The notes below the pieces were generated by a model that worked only from the letters and a program-made list of their open reading frames with translations, was not told the DNA's origin and did no database searches. Below, piece by piece: positions 20,565 to 28,717 of a DNA stretch of 64,000 bases; position 1 is the first letter of the stretch; every line of letters begins with the position of its first letter. The stretch is from Candidatus Cloacimonadales bacterium (lineage in GTDB: Bacteria; Cloacimonadota; Cloacimonadia; Cloacimonadales; JAIOQZ01): the NCBI GenBank assembly GCA_963674825.1, contig OY771587.1, forward strand, positions 1,248,001-1,312,000. Reading direction: 5' to 3'. The position numbers and the translations under genes were made by a program.

Positions 20565-21382
20565 TGAATAAAGCCGTTTTTTTAGGTTTCGAAGCCAAGA
20601 CTGATTGGCAAGAGCTATATCTCGACGACGACCTGACTGCGGACTTCAAAACATGGGACGATCTCGGCGAAAACGGGATTGTTGATTACGATATCGTCGT
20701 ACTTCATCTTGAGGAGTCACAGATTGATCTCCTCCACTTCATCCGGATGAAATTCCAGTCCAAACCGGTGGTTATTGTCGCATTCCTGCTTGAAAAGGAC
20801 ATCGATGCAATCGGTGATTTTCTCATGGCGGGTGCTGACATCGCAGAAGAACTTCCAACTCACGAAGATGCCGTTGCACTTATCATGGCCCAAGCGCTTG
20901 ACATGCTCCATGTGGGTAACTTCAAGCACGATACAATGAGCAACGCACTCACAGAGACAACCGAAGAAGTCTTCACTACCATGGTACAAATGAAGGTGGA
21001 GCTGCTGGAAATTCACCACGAAGAACTCATGTTTCCGGATGATGATCTCGCCGTCATGATGCAGGTCGAAGGCAAGATGAAGGGTGTTATCCTGTTGACA
21101 TTGTCTTATGAATTTGGCGCCCAAATCATTTCCCGAATTCTTTCCATCGAACCAGAGCTTTTGTCGCACCCTGATATCGAAGAAGGCATCCTCGAAATCA
21201 TCAACATGATCGCCGGAGGTGCAAAATCCAGAATCAGCGATTTCGACCAGACCTACACACTCACCACACCCAAAGCACTTGATAACCGGAATAAACATGA
21301 CGATATTGATAAAAGAGGCACTGTCTTGCTCTTCAAGAGCGATACCGACCACCGTTTCTCAGTTTATTACCACTTCCAGTAA
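20564..21382 (+). CDS. Degenerate receiver domain fused to CheX-like phosphatase
   Basis: C-terminal EIINMIAG (ExxN) CheX/CheC motif and GKMKGVILL; N-terminal REC-like DIVVLH...AGAD. Confidence 0.8.
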   Translation: MNKAVFLGFEAKTDWQELYLDDDLTADFKTWDDLGENGIVDYDIVVLHLEESQIDLLHFIRMKFQSKPVVIVAFLLEKDIDAIGDFLMAGADIAEELPTHEDAVALIMAQALDMLHVGNFKHDTMSNALTETTEEVFTTMVQMKVELLEIHHEELMFPDDDLAVMMQVEGKMKGVILLTLSYEFGAQIISRILSIEPELLSHPDIEEGILEIINMIAGGAKSRISDFDQTYTLTTPKALDNRNKHDDIDKRGTVLLFKSDTDHRFSVYYHFQ

Positions 21383-22205
21383 CCGTCGAATCCACAGCTT
21401 CCTCCTCGTCATCCTGATCGCTCTAGGAAGCATGCTCTTCGCCGACGAATACACAGCTCAAATCGACTCCCTGCGGCTGGAGATCATCCAGCGCGATGTT
21501 CCCGCAGAATGGTTTGATAGCCTCGTCACTCACGAGAATTTCAAGATATACCCCTCCATGAACGACTACTTCGAGCGTATGGCCGAACACCGTGTTGACC
21601 ACAAGCAGGAGAAGGATTTCGACTGGTACCTTGATTTCTTTGGTGTGCCGCGGAAGATCGAATTGGGAACCGCCTTCATCGAGGAAAACCGTGAGATTTT
21701 GGAGAAGGTGGAAGCGCTGAATGGTATCCACTACGAACTGGTGGTGGCGATTATCGGTATGGAGACCAACTTCGCGCAGAAGCGTCATCGTGGTAACTTC
21801 CACACCTTCAATACGCTCGTCTCCCAGTACGTCCTCATGCCCCGCAGGCGAAAGTTCGCCGTCCGCGAAATCGAATCGCTCTATAAATTTGCACAGCGTA
21901 CCGATCGCGATGTGTGGGAGTTTGTCGGATCGTTTGCCGGAGCCGCAGGATGGGGGCAGTTCATTCCGTCATCCATGCAGAGCTTTTTCATTGATGCCAA
22001 CGACAACGAGAAAGATATCGATATCTTCTCCGTGGACGACAACCTCTTTAGCATCCAGAACTACCTCAACAAACACGGCCTCAATCGGGACAATATCGGC
22101 AGTCGAGACGCACGTTACAAAGCCGTTTACGCTTACAATCACAGCGACGCCTACGTCCGCGCCGTACTTTACATCTACGAACACCTGCACGCGAAACGCC
22201 AATAG
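21219..22205 (+). CDS. Lytic murein transglycosylase (MltB/SLT_2 family); true start uncertain, about 21366
   Basis: VAIIGMETNF, GSFAGAAGWGQFIPSS, AVYAYNHS; signal-peptide-like RRIHSFLLVILIALGSMLFA. Confidence 0.88.
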   Translation: MQNPESAISTRPTHSPHPKHLITGINMTILIKEALSCSSRAIPTTVSQFITTSSNRRIHSFLLVILIALGSMLFADEYTAQIDSLRLEIIQRDVPAEWFDSLVTHENFKIYPSMNDYFERMAEHRVDHKQEKDFDWYLDFFGVPRKIELGTAFIEENREILEKVEALNGIHYELVVAIIGMETNFAQKRHRGNFHTFNTLVSQYVLMPRRRKFAVREIESLYKFAQRTDRDVWEFVGSFAGAAGWGQFIPSSMQSFFIDANDNEKDIDIFSVDDNLFSIQNYLNKHGLNRDNIGSRDARYKAVYAYNHSDAYVRAVLYIYEHLHAKRQ

Positions 22206-22229
22206 CATCCGCTCGTAAACACCCATATT

Positions 22230-22356
22230 CCGCCCAGTAGATTCGTTTGATTGCGACCGCATGCGTGGTGTTCCGCGACTTAATTCCCGTGTCCGATAGC
22301 CAGAAAGTCGCGGTATATCCACGCAGTAGGGAGCAAACGGACGAAGATACGGGTGG
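22230..22356 (+). ncRNA. Candidate structured element (long interrupted hairpin), copy A
   Basis: Nested pairings CCGCCC/GGGTGG, GTA/TAC, TTCGTTTG/CGGACGAA, TGCGTGG/CCACGCA, CCGCGACTT/AAGTCGCGG; homologous to 13913-14012. Confidence 0.55.
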
Positions 22357-22366
22357 ATGCCATATA

Positions 22367-22407
22367 CCCTCTCGCCCATGTCAATTGGTGAGGGATGGGG
22401 TGAGGGT
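22367..22407 (+). repeat. REP-like element with GGGGTGAGGG tail
   Basis: CCCTCTCGCC...GGTGAGGG-ATGGGGTGAGGG. Confidence 0.55.
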
Positions 22408-22479
22408 TTCCACGGTATTCATTGACAAAAGCTGTAGATAAAAATGTTTTGGAAGTCACTATGATTTACGAGGTTTACG

Positions 22480-23682
22480 ATGGACATACAAAAACAGCTT
22501 GATATCATCAAGAACGGCGTCGAGGAGATCGTCCCCGAAGCCGAACTCAAACAGAAGCTCATCCTGGCGGAGAAAGAGAACCGTCCGCTGCGCGTGAAGA
22601 TGGGAATCGACCCCACCGGTACCGATGTGCACATCGGGCACATGGTCCCCGTACGCAAGATGCGAGACTTCCAGGACATGGGGCATACTGGCGTGATAAT
22701 CATCGGTGATTTCACCGCCCGTATCGGCGATCCCACCGGTCGCGACGAATCTCGTCCACCGCTCACCGCCGAGCAGACCAAAGCCAACGCTGCCACCTAC
22801 ATGGAGCAGCTTTATACCGTGCTTGATAAAGATAAAACCGAGATCCGCTGGCAATCCGAATGGTTTGAGGGTCTAAATCTCGCCGACGTGATCAACCTGC
22901 TGGGTAAATTCACCCTGGCACAATTCCTGGCCCACGATACCTTCCGCAAGCGCTACGAAAACGGCCTTCCGCTCGCCATGCACGAGCTCATGTACCCGGT
23001 TCTTCAGGCGTACGACTCCGTAGCGATCGATGCCGATATCGAGCTTGGTGCTACCGAGCAGAAATTCAACCTTCTTTGCGGACGCGACATGCTGCGCTAC
23101 TTCGGCAAGCCTGAGCAGGTCGCCATCATGTTCCCCATTCTCCTTGGCACCGATGGAGTGAACAAGATGAGCAAGAGCATGGGCAACTACGTCGCCGTAT
23201 TCGACAAACCGTCCGACAAATACGGAAAAGTCATGTCAATCCCGGATGAAATCATCCTCAACTACTATAAATACGCTACACGCCTCACGCCACAGGAGAT
23301 CAAGGAGATCGACAATCAGCTGAAATCTGGCGACAACCCGAAATTCATCAAGCAACGTCTGGCGCGCGAAATCGTTAAGCTCTACGACGGGGAATCAGCC
23401 GCCCTCGAAGCAGAAGAAGAATTCAACCGCGTGTTCAGTCAGCGCGATATCCCCACCGATATCGAGGAATTCGTGATGGAGGAACCCATCTGGATCGTGA
23501 AGCTTCTTACCGATACCGGATTATGCCAGACAAACGGCGAGGCCCGTCGTATGCTGAAACAGGGTGCTGTTAAGCTCGACGACGAAAAGGTCGATGACAT
23601 GGATCTGAACCTCAGCGTTGATCGCGAAACCATTCTCAAGGTGGGAAAACGTCGTTTCCTGAAGCTGGTTCCAAAGGAGTAG
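22480..23682 (+). CDS. tyrS: Tyrosine--tRNA ligase
   Basis: GIDPTG..HIGH, YPVLQAYDS, KMSKS, C-terminal S4 domain (KVGKRRF). Confidence 0.97.
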   Translation: MDIQKQLDIIKNGVEEIVPEAELKQKLILAEKENRPLRVKMGIDPTGTDVHIGHMVPVRKMRDFQDMGHTGVIIIGDFTARIGDPTGRDESRPPLTAEQTKANAATYMEQLYTVLDKDKTEIRWQSEWFEGLNLADVINLLGKFTLAQFLAHDTFRKRYENGLPLAMHELMYPVLQAYDSVAIDADIELGATEQKFNLLCGRDMLRYFGKPEQVAIMFPILLGTDGVNKMSKSMGNYVAVFDKPSDKYGKVMSIPDEIILNYYKYATRLTPQEIKEIDNQLKSGDNPKFIKQRLAREIVKLYDGESAALEAEEEFNRVFSQRDIPTDIEEFVMEEPIWIVKLLTDTGLCQTNGEARRMLKQGAVKLDDEKVDDMDLNLSVDRETILKVGKRRFLKLVPKE

Positions 23683-24332
23683 TGATGAATTTTTCTCAGA
23701 TTCTGGTACTAGCGCCGATTCTTCTTTTCAGCCTCAGCGTTCACGAATTCAGTCACGGCCTGGCCGCGTACTGGCTTGGCGACGACACAGCCAAGCGTGC
23801 AGGCCGATTGACGCTGAACCCACTTTCGCATCTGGATATCATCGGATTGATCGCGCTGTTTATCATTAAGATAGGCTGGGCAAAACCCGTCCCGATCAAT
23901 CCATACAACTTCCAGAACTTCAAGCGCGGCACCGCTATCTCTGCTGCCGCAGGTCCATTGTCGAACTTCCTGTTGGCGATCATCTTCTCGCTACTGCTGC
24001 GCGTTTACATGTCAGTATTCAACGATGCGCTCATCGTCCAGAATTCGGTTGTCGTTTTCATCTGGCACATCCTGTTTCTCACAATCTTCTACAACCTCGC
24101 GCTGGGGCTATTCAATCTGATCCCGATCCCTCCGCTGGATGGCTCCAAGATTCTGGGTGGATTTCTGTCCGACAGAATCTATTTCAAATATACGGCGCAG
24201 GAGAAAAAAGGAATGATGGTTTTCATGGCAATTATCCTGATATCCTACATCTCCGGATTCAGTTTCATCGGGACAATCATCATGCCACCGCTCAATTTTC
24301 TTCTGAAACTCCTGACTGGAATGTCCCTTTGA
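23682..24332 (+). CDS. Site-2 protease, M50 family
   Basis: HEFSH, GRLTLNP, AGPLSN, FNLIPIPPLDG. Confidence 0.93.
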   Translation: MMNFSQILVLAPILLFSLSVHEFSHGLAAYWLGDDTAKRAGRLTLNPLSHLDIIGLIALFIIKIGWAKPVPINPYNFQNFKRGTAISAAAGPLSNFLLAIIFSLLLRVYMSVFNDALIVQNSVVVFIWHILFLTIFYNLALGLFNLIPIPPLDGSKILGGFLSDRIYFKYTAQEKKGMMVFMAIILISYISGFSFIGTIIMPPLNFLLKLLTGMSL

Positions 24333-24474
24333 TTGGCAGAAAACCGGGAAAAACCATTGACAAAATCGAAATGGTTCCTATGAAGGAAGTTCGAGAAATA
24401 TATCCTGATTTGAGAATCGAGGGAATATCAATAAGCATGAAAGCTGAAGTTTATCAAAACATAGGCACTGTAGC

Positions 24475-25578
24475 ATGAGAGCAGTATATCAATATGCAGG
24501 CGCTCTGCTACTGCCGTTTTTATTTGTTTACGCGTTGACGCCATTCATTATTCGGCTGGCTGTCGCGACGAATTTCATGGACAATCCGGAAGCCCGGAAA
24601 GTCCATAAAAAGGCCATTCCTCTTATGGGGGGAGTAGCCGTATTTACCGGCTTCATTCTGTTTGCTGTATATCATGTAGCCTTATGCGCCGATCGTTCGT
24701 TCAGTCTACCGGTTATCGGCTATTTGGGCGGAGCGCTGATCATCACACTTGTTGGCCTAATCGACGACCGCAAGGCCATGTCACCCAAGGTCAAAATGAT
24801 TGGTCAGCTCGCTGCATGTGTCGTATTTATCTTGTCCCAGCAGCTCTATTACGGCGATTTTCTGAATCTCTTCGTCTCGCCATGGATCAGCGTGCCCATC
24901 ATGATTTTCTGGATGATTGGATTGATGAACGCCTTGAACTTCCTGGACAACATGGATGGCATCATCTCCGGTATGTCGGGAATCATCGCGATTGGCTTCT
25001 ACGCGCTCAGCATCTCGATAAAAACGAGCGCACTGGCTTCACAGACCAACTTCATCGGACTGATGTCTCTGACCTTCGCCGGCGCAATCTTTGGTTTCCT
25101 GCCGCACAACTTCCGTCCCGCCAAGATTTTTCTCGGCGATGCCGGTAGCATGTTCATCGGCTACTTCCTCTCTACGATGGGAATCCTCAGCGGACGCCTG
25201 GCTGTGATCCATCGCAGCAGCGAGATTTACTATCTACTGCCCGTACTGATGCTCAGCTATGCCATTTTCGACATCTCACTGGTGAGTATCACCCGTAAAC
25301 GAGACGGCAGACGCATCACCCAGGGAGGTAAGGATCACTCAACCCATCGCATCCACAATGTCATGGGCTCTCCGAAAATCACCGCGTTGATCATTTACCT
25401 CATCAACACCATCATCATCATCTGTTCGATTCTGATCTATCGGATGAACTCCAAGATTCTCTTGATCGCATCTACGATCCTTTTTGCAGTTTTCTTCCTC
25501 TTCTTCGGAAGGAAACTGGATCAAATACCCGTCTCGATTCCAGCCAACCAGCTTAAACACAAAGAGGTGAAAGCATGA
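24475..25578 (+). CDS. Undecaprenyl-phosphate sugar-1-phosphate transferase (WecA/TagO, MraY family)
   Basis: PLMGG, GLIDD, NALNFLDNMDG, IFLGDAGS, DHSTHR. Confidence 0.92.
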   Translation: MRAVYQYAGALLLPFLFVYALTPFIIRLAVATNFMDNPEARKVHKKAIPLMGGVAVFTGFILFAVYHVALCADRSFSLPVIGYLGGALIITLVGLIDDRKAMSPKVKMIGQLAACVVFILSQQLYYGDFLNLFVSPWISVPIMIFWMIGLMNALNFLDNMDGIISGMSGIIAIGFYALSISIKTSALASQTNFIGLMSLTFAGAIFGFLPHNFRPAKIFLGDAGSMFIGYFLSTMGILSGRLAVIHRSSEIYYLLPVLMLSYAIFDISLVSITRKRDGRRITQGGKDHSTHRIHNVMGSPKITALIIYLINTIIIICSILIYRMNSKILLIASTILFAVFFLFFGRKLDQIPVSIPANQLKHKEVKA

Positions 25579-26324
25579 AAATCCGAATACTCGGTTCTGC
25601 TCCGGGCATTCCGGTTCCTGGAAAAAACCACTCAGCACTGTGGTTTTATACACACGGAAAAAACATCCTGATCGACTGCGGTGAAGGTATCTCTCATCAA
25701 TTGATGAAATACGAACTCGATGGCGATGTCATCGACTATATCATTATATCCCACTATCACCCCGACCACGTCAGTGGATTCTTTATGCTGATCCAAATGA
25801 TGTACCTGCAACAGCGCGTGAAGAATCTGACCGTGTTCCTCCCTGAGCGCGTCAAAGATTTCATCGATGCCATGCATATGTTCTATACAATCCCGGAGAA
25901 GTTCCACTTCAGCATATTCTTCAAGCCGATGGAAGAGCTGACAGAAACCCTCCCCTTCATCACGCCGGTGGAATCCGATCACCTGCAGAGCTATTCTTCA
26001 GTGATTCGCAGTAACCATCTCGCAAATGAGATGAAAAGCTATTCATTTGTACTGGAAGAAGAAGAGATCGAGTACGATAAAAAAGTAATCTACACCTCTG
26101 ACATCCAGCGACTCGAAACGCTGGGCAACCATCTGGTGGAAACCAATATCCTGATCGTGGATGCCCTGCATCCAAAGGCCGAAAATATATACTCGCTCTG
26201 TGAAGATGAAATCGAACGCGTAATTTTAACACACGGGATCTCGCAAGACTTGCAGAAGATGCTGAAATCACGCGATAAATGTGTATTTGAGATAGCTGAT
26301 GAAAATATGGAAATTATTCTATAA
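25575..26324 (+). CDS. MBL-fold metallo-hydrolase (RNase Z-like)
   Basis: ILGS, LIDCGEG, SHYHPDH, YTSD, LTH. Confidence 0.85.
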   Translation: MKIRILGSAPGIPVPGKNHSALWFYTHGKNILIDCGEGISHQLMKYELDGDVIDYIIISHYHPDHVSGFFMLIQMMYLQQRVKNLTVFLPERVKDFIDAMHMFYTIPEKFHFSIFFKPMEELTETLPFITPVESDHLQSYSSVIRSNHLANEMKSYSFVLEEEEIEYDKKVIYTSDIQRLETLGNHLVETNILIVDALHPKAENIYSLCEDEIERVILTHGISQDLQKMLKSRDKCVFEIADENMEIIL

Positions 26325-27711
26325 CCCGATTTTAGTTTCAACCCTCGTTGTGCTGACCCTTGCCGGCTGTACATCGAACTATTCGATCGCCCAGAGCCTC
26401 CAGGCTCGCGGAAGATACGCAGCGGCGGTCGAACGATATGACGACTTCATTCGCATCGCGAAAAACGGTGCGAAATCCACCGAAGCCGAACTGGCTCGCT
26501 CGGAATGCTATTATCAGCTTGGAATGAAGTCATTCACGACAGATAAATGGAAACTCGCCATACGGTTTTTCTTCCTGGCGAATTCCGACAAAGCCGATGA
26601 GGTCATGGACAACTGTTACTTCAACCTCGCACAGGCAGCGTATGACAGGAAAGACTTCGATATCACACTCTCCTATTATACCATGATTGTTGATAACCTG
26701 CCGACTTCGGAACTGATCCCCGAAATCCTTCACAATCGAATCCAGATTTTCATGGATCTCAAGGGGGACGATGTATCGGCATGGGCAAATTACGAGCTAC
26801 TCAACAAGAACTACCCCAATAGCGAATTCATTGCCAGTTCCCAGCCATACATCGATCGGTTCATGAACCGGTATATTGACAATGCAGTTGAGCTGCAATA
26901 CACTGAAGGTTATCGCGTCGCGCTGGAAAGGCTGTTCTACCTGGAGCAATATCCCTCATCCTTCAAGGATCGTATCTATCTCGAGCTTAGTGAACTTTAT
27001 TGGAAGCTGGCCGAAGACCTTGTTGACAAGGGTGAATACGTACAGGCGGAAGAAACCTATCGCTTTGCGATTGAATTTGATCCCACCAAAGAAGAGATGG
27101 TCAATGGCCGTCTCCGAGAAATATGCACCAAGTTCATGGAAGAGGGCGACAATCTGCTGAAAGATCGACAGATCGATCAAGCGATTATAATGTTCGGGCA
27201 CTGCTTCAATATCATCAAGGATTATGAACCAGCCGCGATCGCTATTTCCGAGGCGAATATTCTGAAACAGAAGATTCTCGAGGCATCCCGCCTCAATCTC
27301 GAAGCGCAGGAAGCTGAAAAGAAAGAACAATGGGCAACCGCACTGCAGCTCTATCGTCGGGCTTACAAACTCGACGCACTTCAGGCCTATAAGGACAAGG
27401 CATTTCTGATGTCCAATATGGTCGAGATTGAAAAAGACCCGATCGCCTTTGCCCGGCGCATCGTCAATAACTACCGCAATGGCCTTATAATCCGACGCGT
27501 CAGCCAGCTTGAACAGGAACAGACATTGCAATATGGCGACCTGGTGAGTGTTACCAACTGGCAATATTCCCGTTCCATCGGTGAAGCAAAATACGAAGTG
27601 CGGTACGAAATCACCACACCGGATAAAAGTTACTACCTCGTATGGCTGGTCAACTTGAAAGATCAGACTGTATCCCCACTTAGCAAGGTAACCGAAGAAT
27701 TGATGGATTAA
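26299..27711 (+). CDS. TPR lipoprotein
   Basis: Lipobox LAGC; TPR-like helices (YYQLG, YFNLA, YRFAIEFDP). Confidence 0.75.
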   Translation: MKIWKLFYNPILVSTLVVLTLAGCTSNYSIAQSLQARGRYAAAVERYDDFIRIAKNGAKSTEAELARSECYYQLGMKSFTTDKWKLAIRFFFLANSDKADEVMDNCYFNLAQAAYDRKDFDITLSYYTMIVDNLPTSELIPEILHNRIQIFMDLKGDDVSAWANYELLNKNYPNSEFIASSQPYIDRFMNRYIDNAVELQYTEGYRVALERLFYLEQYPSSFKDRIYLELSELYWKLAEDLVDKGEYVQAEETYRFAIEFDPTKEEMVNGRLREICTKFMEEGDNLLKDRQIDQAIIMFGHCFNIIKDYEPAAIAISEANILKQKILEASRLNLEAQEAEKKEQWATALQLYRRAYKLDALQAYKDKAFLMSNMVEIEKDPIAFARRIVNNYRNGLIIRRVSQLEQEQTLQYGDLVSVTNWQYSRSIGEAKYEVRYEITTPDKSYYLVWLVNLKDQTVSPLSKVTEELMD

Positions 27712-27713
27712 TT

Positions 27714-28301
27714 ATGGATAGACTCATGAAACGCCTGATATTAATTATAACATGCATGTTCTCCATCCTACTGGCTCAGGATTTCGATCTGGAAAAATTC
27801 ACCGACACACAGAAATACGGATGGGAAGACTTTGAGCAACGCAATCTGGCAAAGATGGATTTACAGGAACGACAACGCCTCCTACAAATCTATCGTATGA
27901 ACAGGCTGACCACCGCCGGTAATCTAGCGAAATCCGCGATCGTTCCCGGATGGGGACACTTCGCAGCTCAAAGCTACACCAAAGGTCAGATATTACTCGG
28001 ACTGGAAGTCGTTCTTCTCGGTAGCTCGCTCTATTTTTACGATCAAGCGATGGACAGCTATGACAAATACCAGAAAGCGGACCAGATCGACGAGATGAAC
28101 CAGTATTACAACGACTCGCTTGAGCCTTATCGGTATTCGCAGGCGTTTCTGGGATTGGCAGTCATCGTATGGATTTACACACTCTATGATACGATCAACG
28201 TTACCGAAGATTACAACAGCAATCTATGGAACGATATCATCCGCGAATATAATCGACAGAATGTTATTATAACACCGACAGGCATTTCCGTGAGGTTCTG
28301 A
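27714..28301 (+). CDS. DUF5683-like exported/membrane protein
   Basis: SAIVPGWGH..KG motif, VWIYTLYD, C-terminal GISVRF. Confidence 0.7.
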   Translation: MDRLMKRLILIITCMFSILLAQDFDLEKFTDTQKYGWEDFEQRNLAKMDLQERQRLLQIYRMNRLTTAGNLAKSAIVPGWGHFAAQSYTKGQILLGLEVVLLGSSLYFYDQAMDSYDKYQKADQIDEMNQYYNDSLEPYRYSQAFLGLAVIVWIYTLYDTINVTEDYNSNLWNDIIREYNRQNVIITPTGISVRF

Positions 28302-28303
28302 TC

Positions 28304-28717
28304 ATGAAGAAGCTACTTCTACTCGCTGCGATTATTGCGTTAATAACGATCTCCTGCGAATTGGAGAGAAATAACCCGCTCGATCCCGATAACAACGGCG
28401 ATGTTGTCGTTCCAAGTGCGGTCGTAATCGACAATATCACCGTTTCTGGCTCCGGTTCTACCTCCAAGTGGGTACAGCTCGAGTGGTCGAGATCGGAAGA
28501 CGCGGCCTTTTATCTGATCTATCGAGCGCTGGAATACGATGGCGCTTATACGAACCTTTTCCCGGATGGAATACCCAACACATCCGATTCGACGACCTAC
28601 TACTATATTGACTCTGCCGTACATGCCGGTAACTACTACTGGTATCGCCTGGCAGGCAGAAGCAAAGAAGGCCTGATCGGGCCACTTTCTGCACCGAGAG
28701 GAATGCCAGTTGATTAA
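28304..28717 (+). CDS. Lipoprotein with FN3-like domain
   Basis: Lipobox ISC followed by RNNPLDP; VQLEW, YLIYR, YWYRLA. Confidence 0.75.
   Translation: MKKLLLLAAIIALITISCELERNNPLDPDNNGDVVVPSAVVIDNITVSGSGSTSKWVQLEWSRSEDAAFYLIYRALEYDGAYTNLFPDGIPNTSDSTTYYYIDSAVHAGNYYWYRLAGRSKEGLIGPLSAPRGMPVD

Noticed and set aside
22205..22410. T-box leader of tyrS or 6S RNA
   Set aside because: GGGTGGATGCC does not match the T-box GGTGGNACCGCG, there is no U-tailed terminator, and a TTGACA lies downstream. A second diverged copy at 13913 and the absence of its own promoter argue against 6S, though this is not formally excluded.
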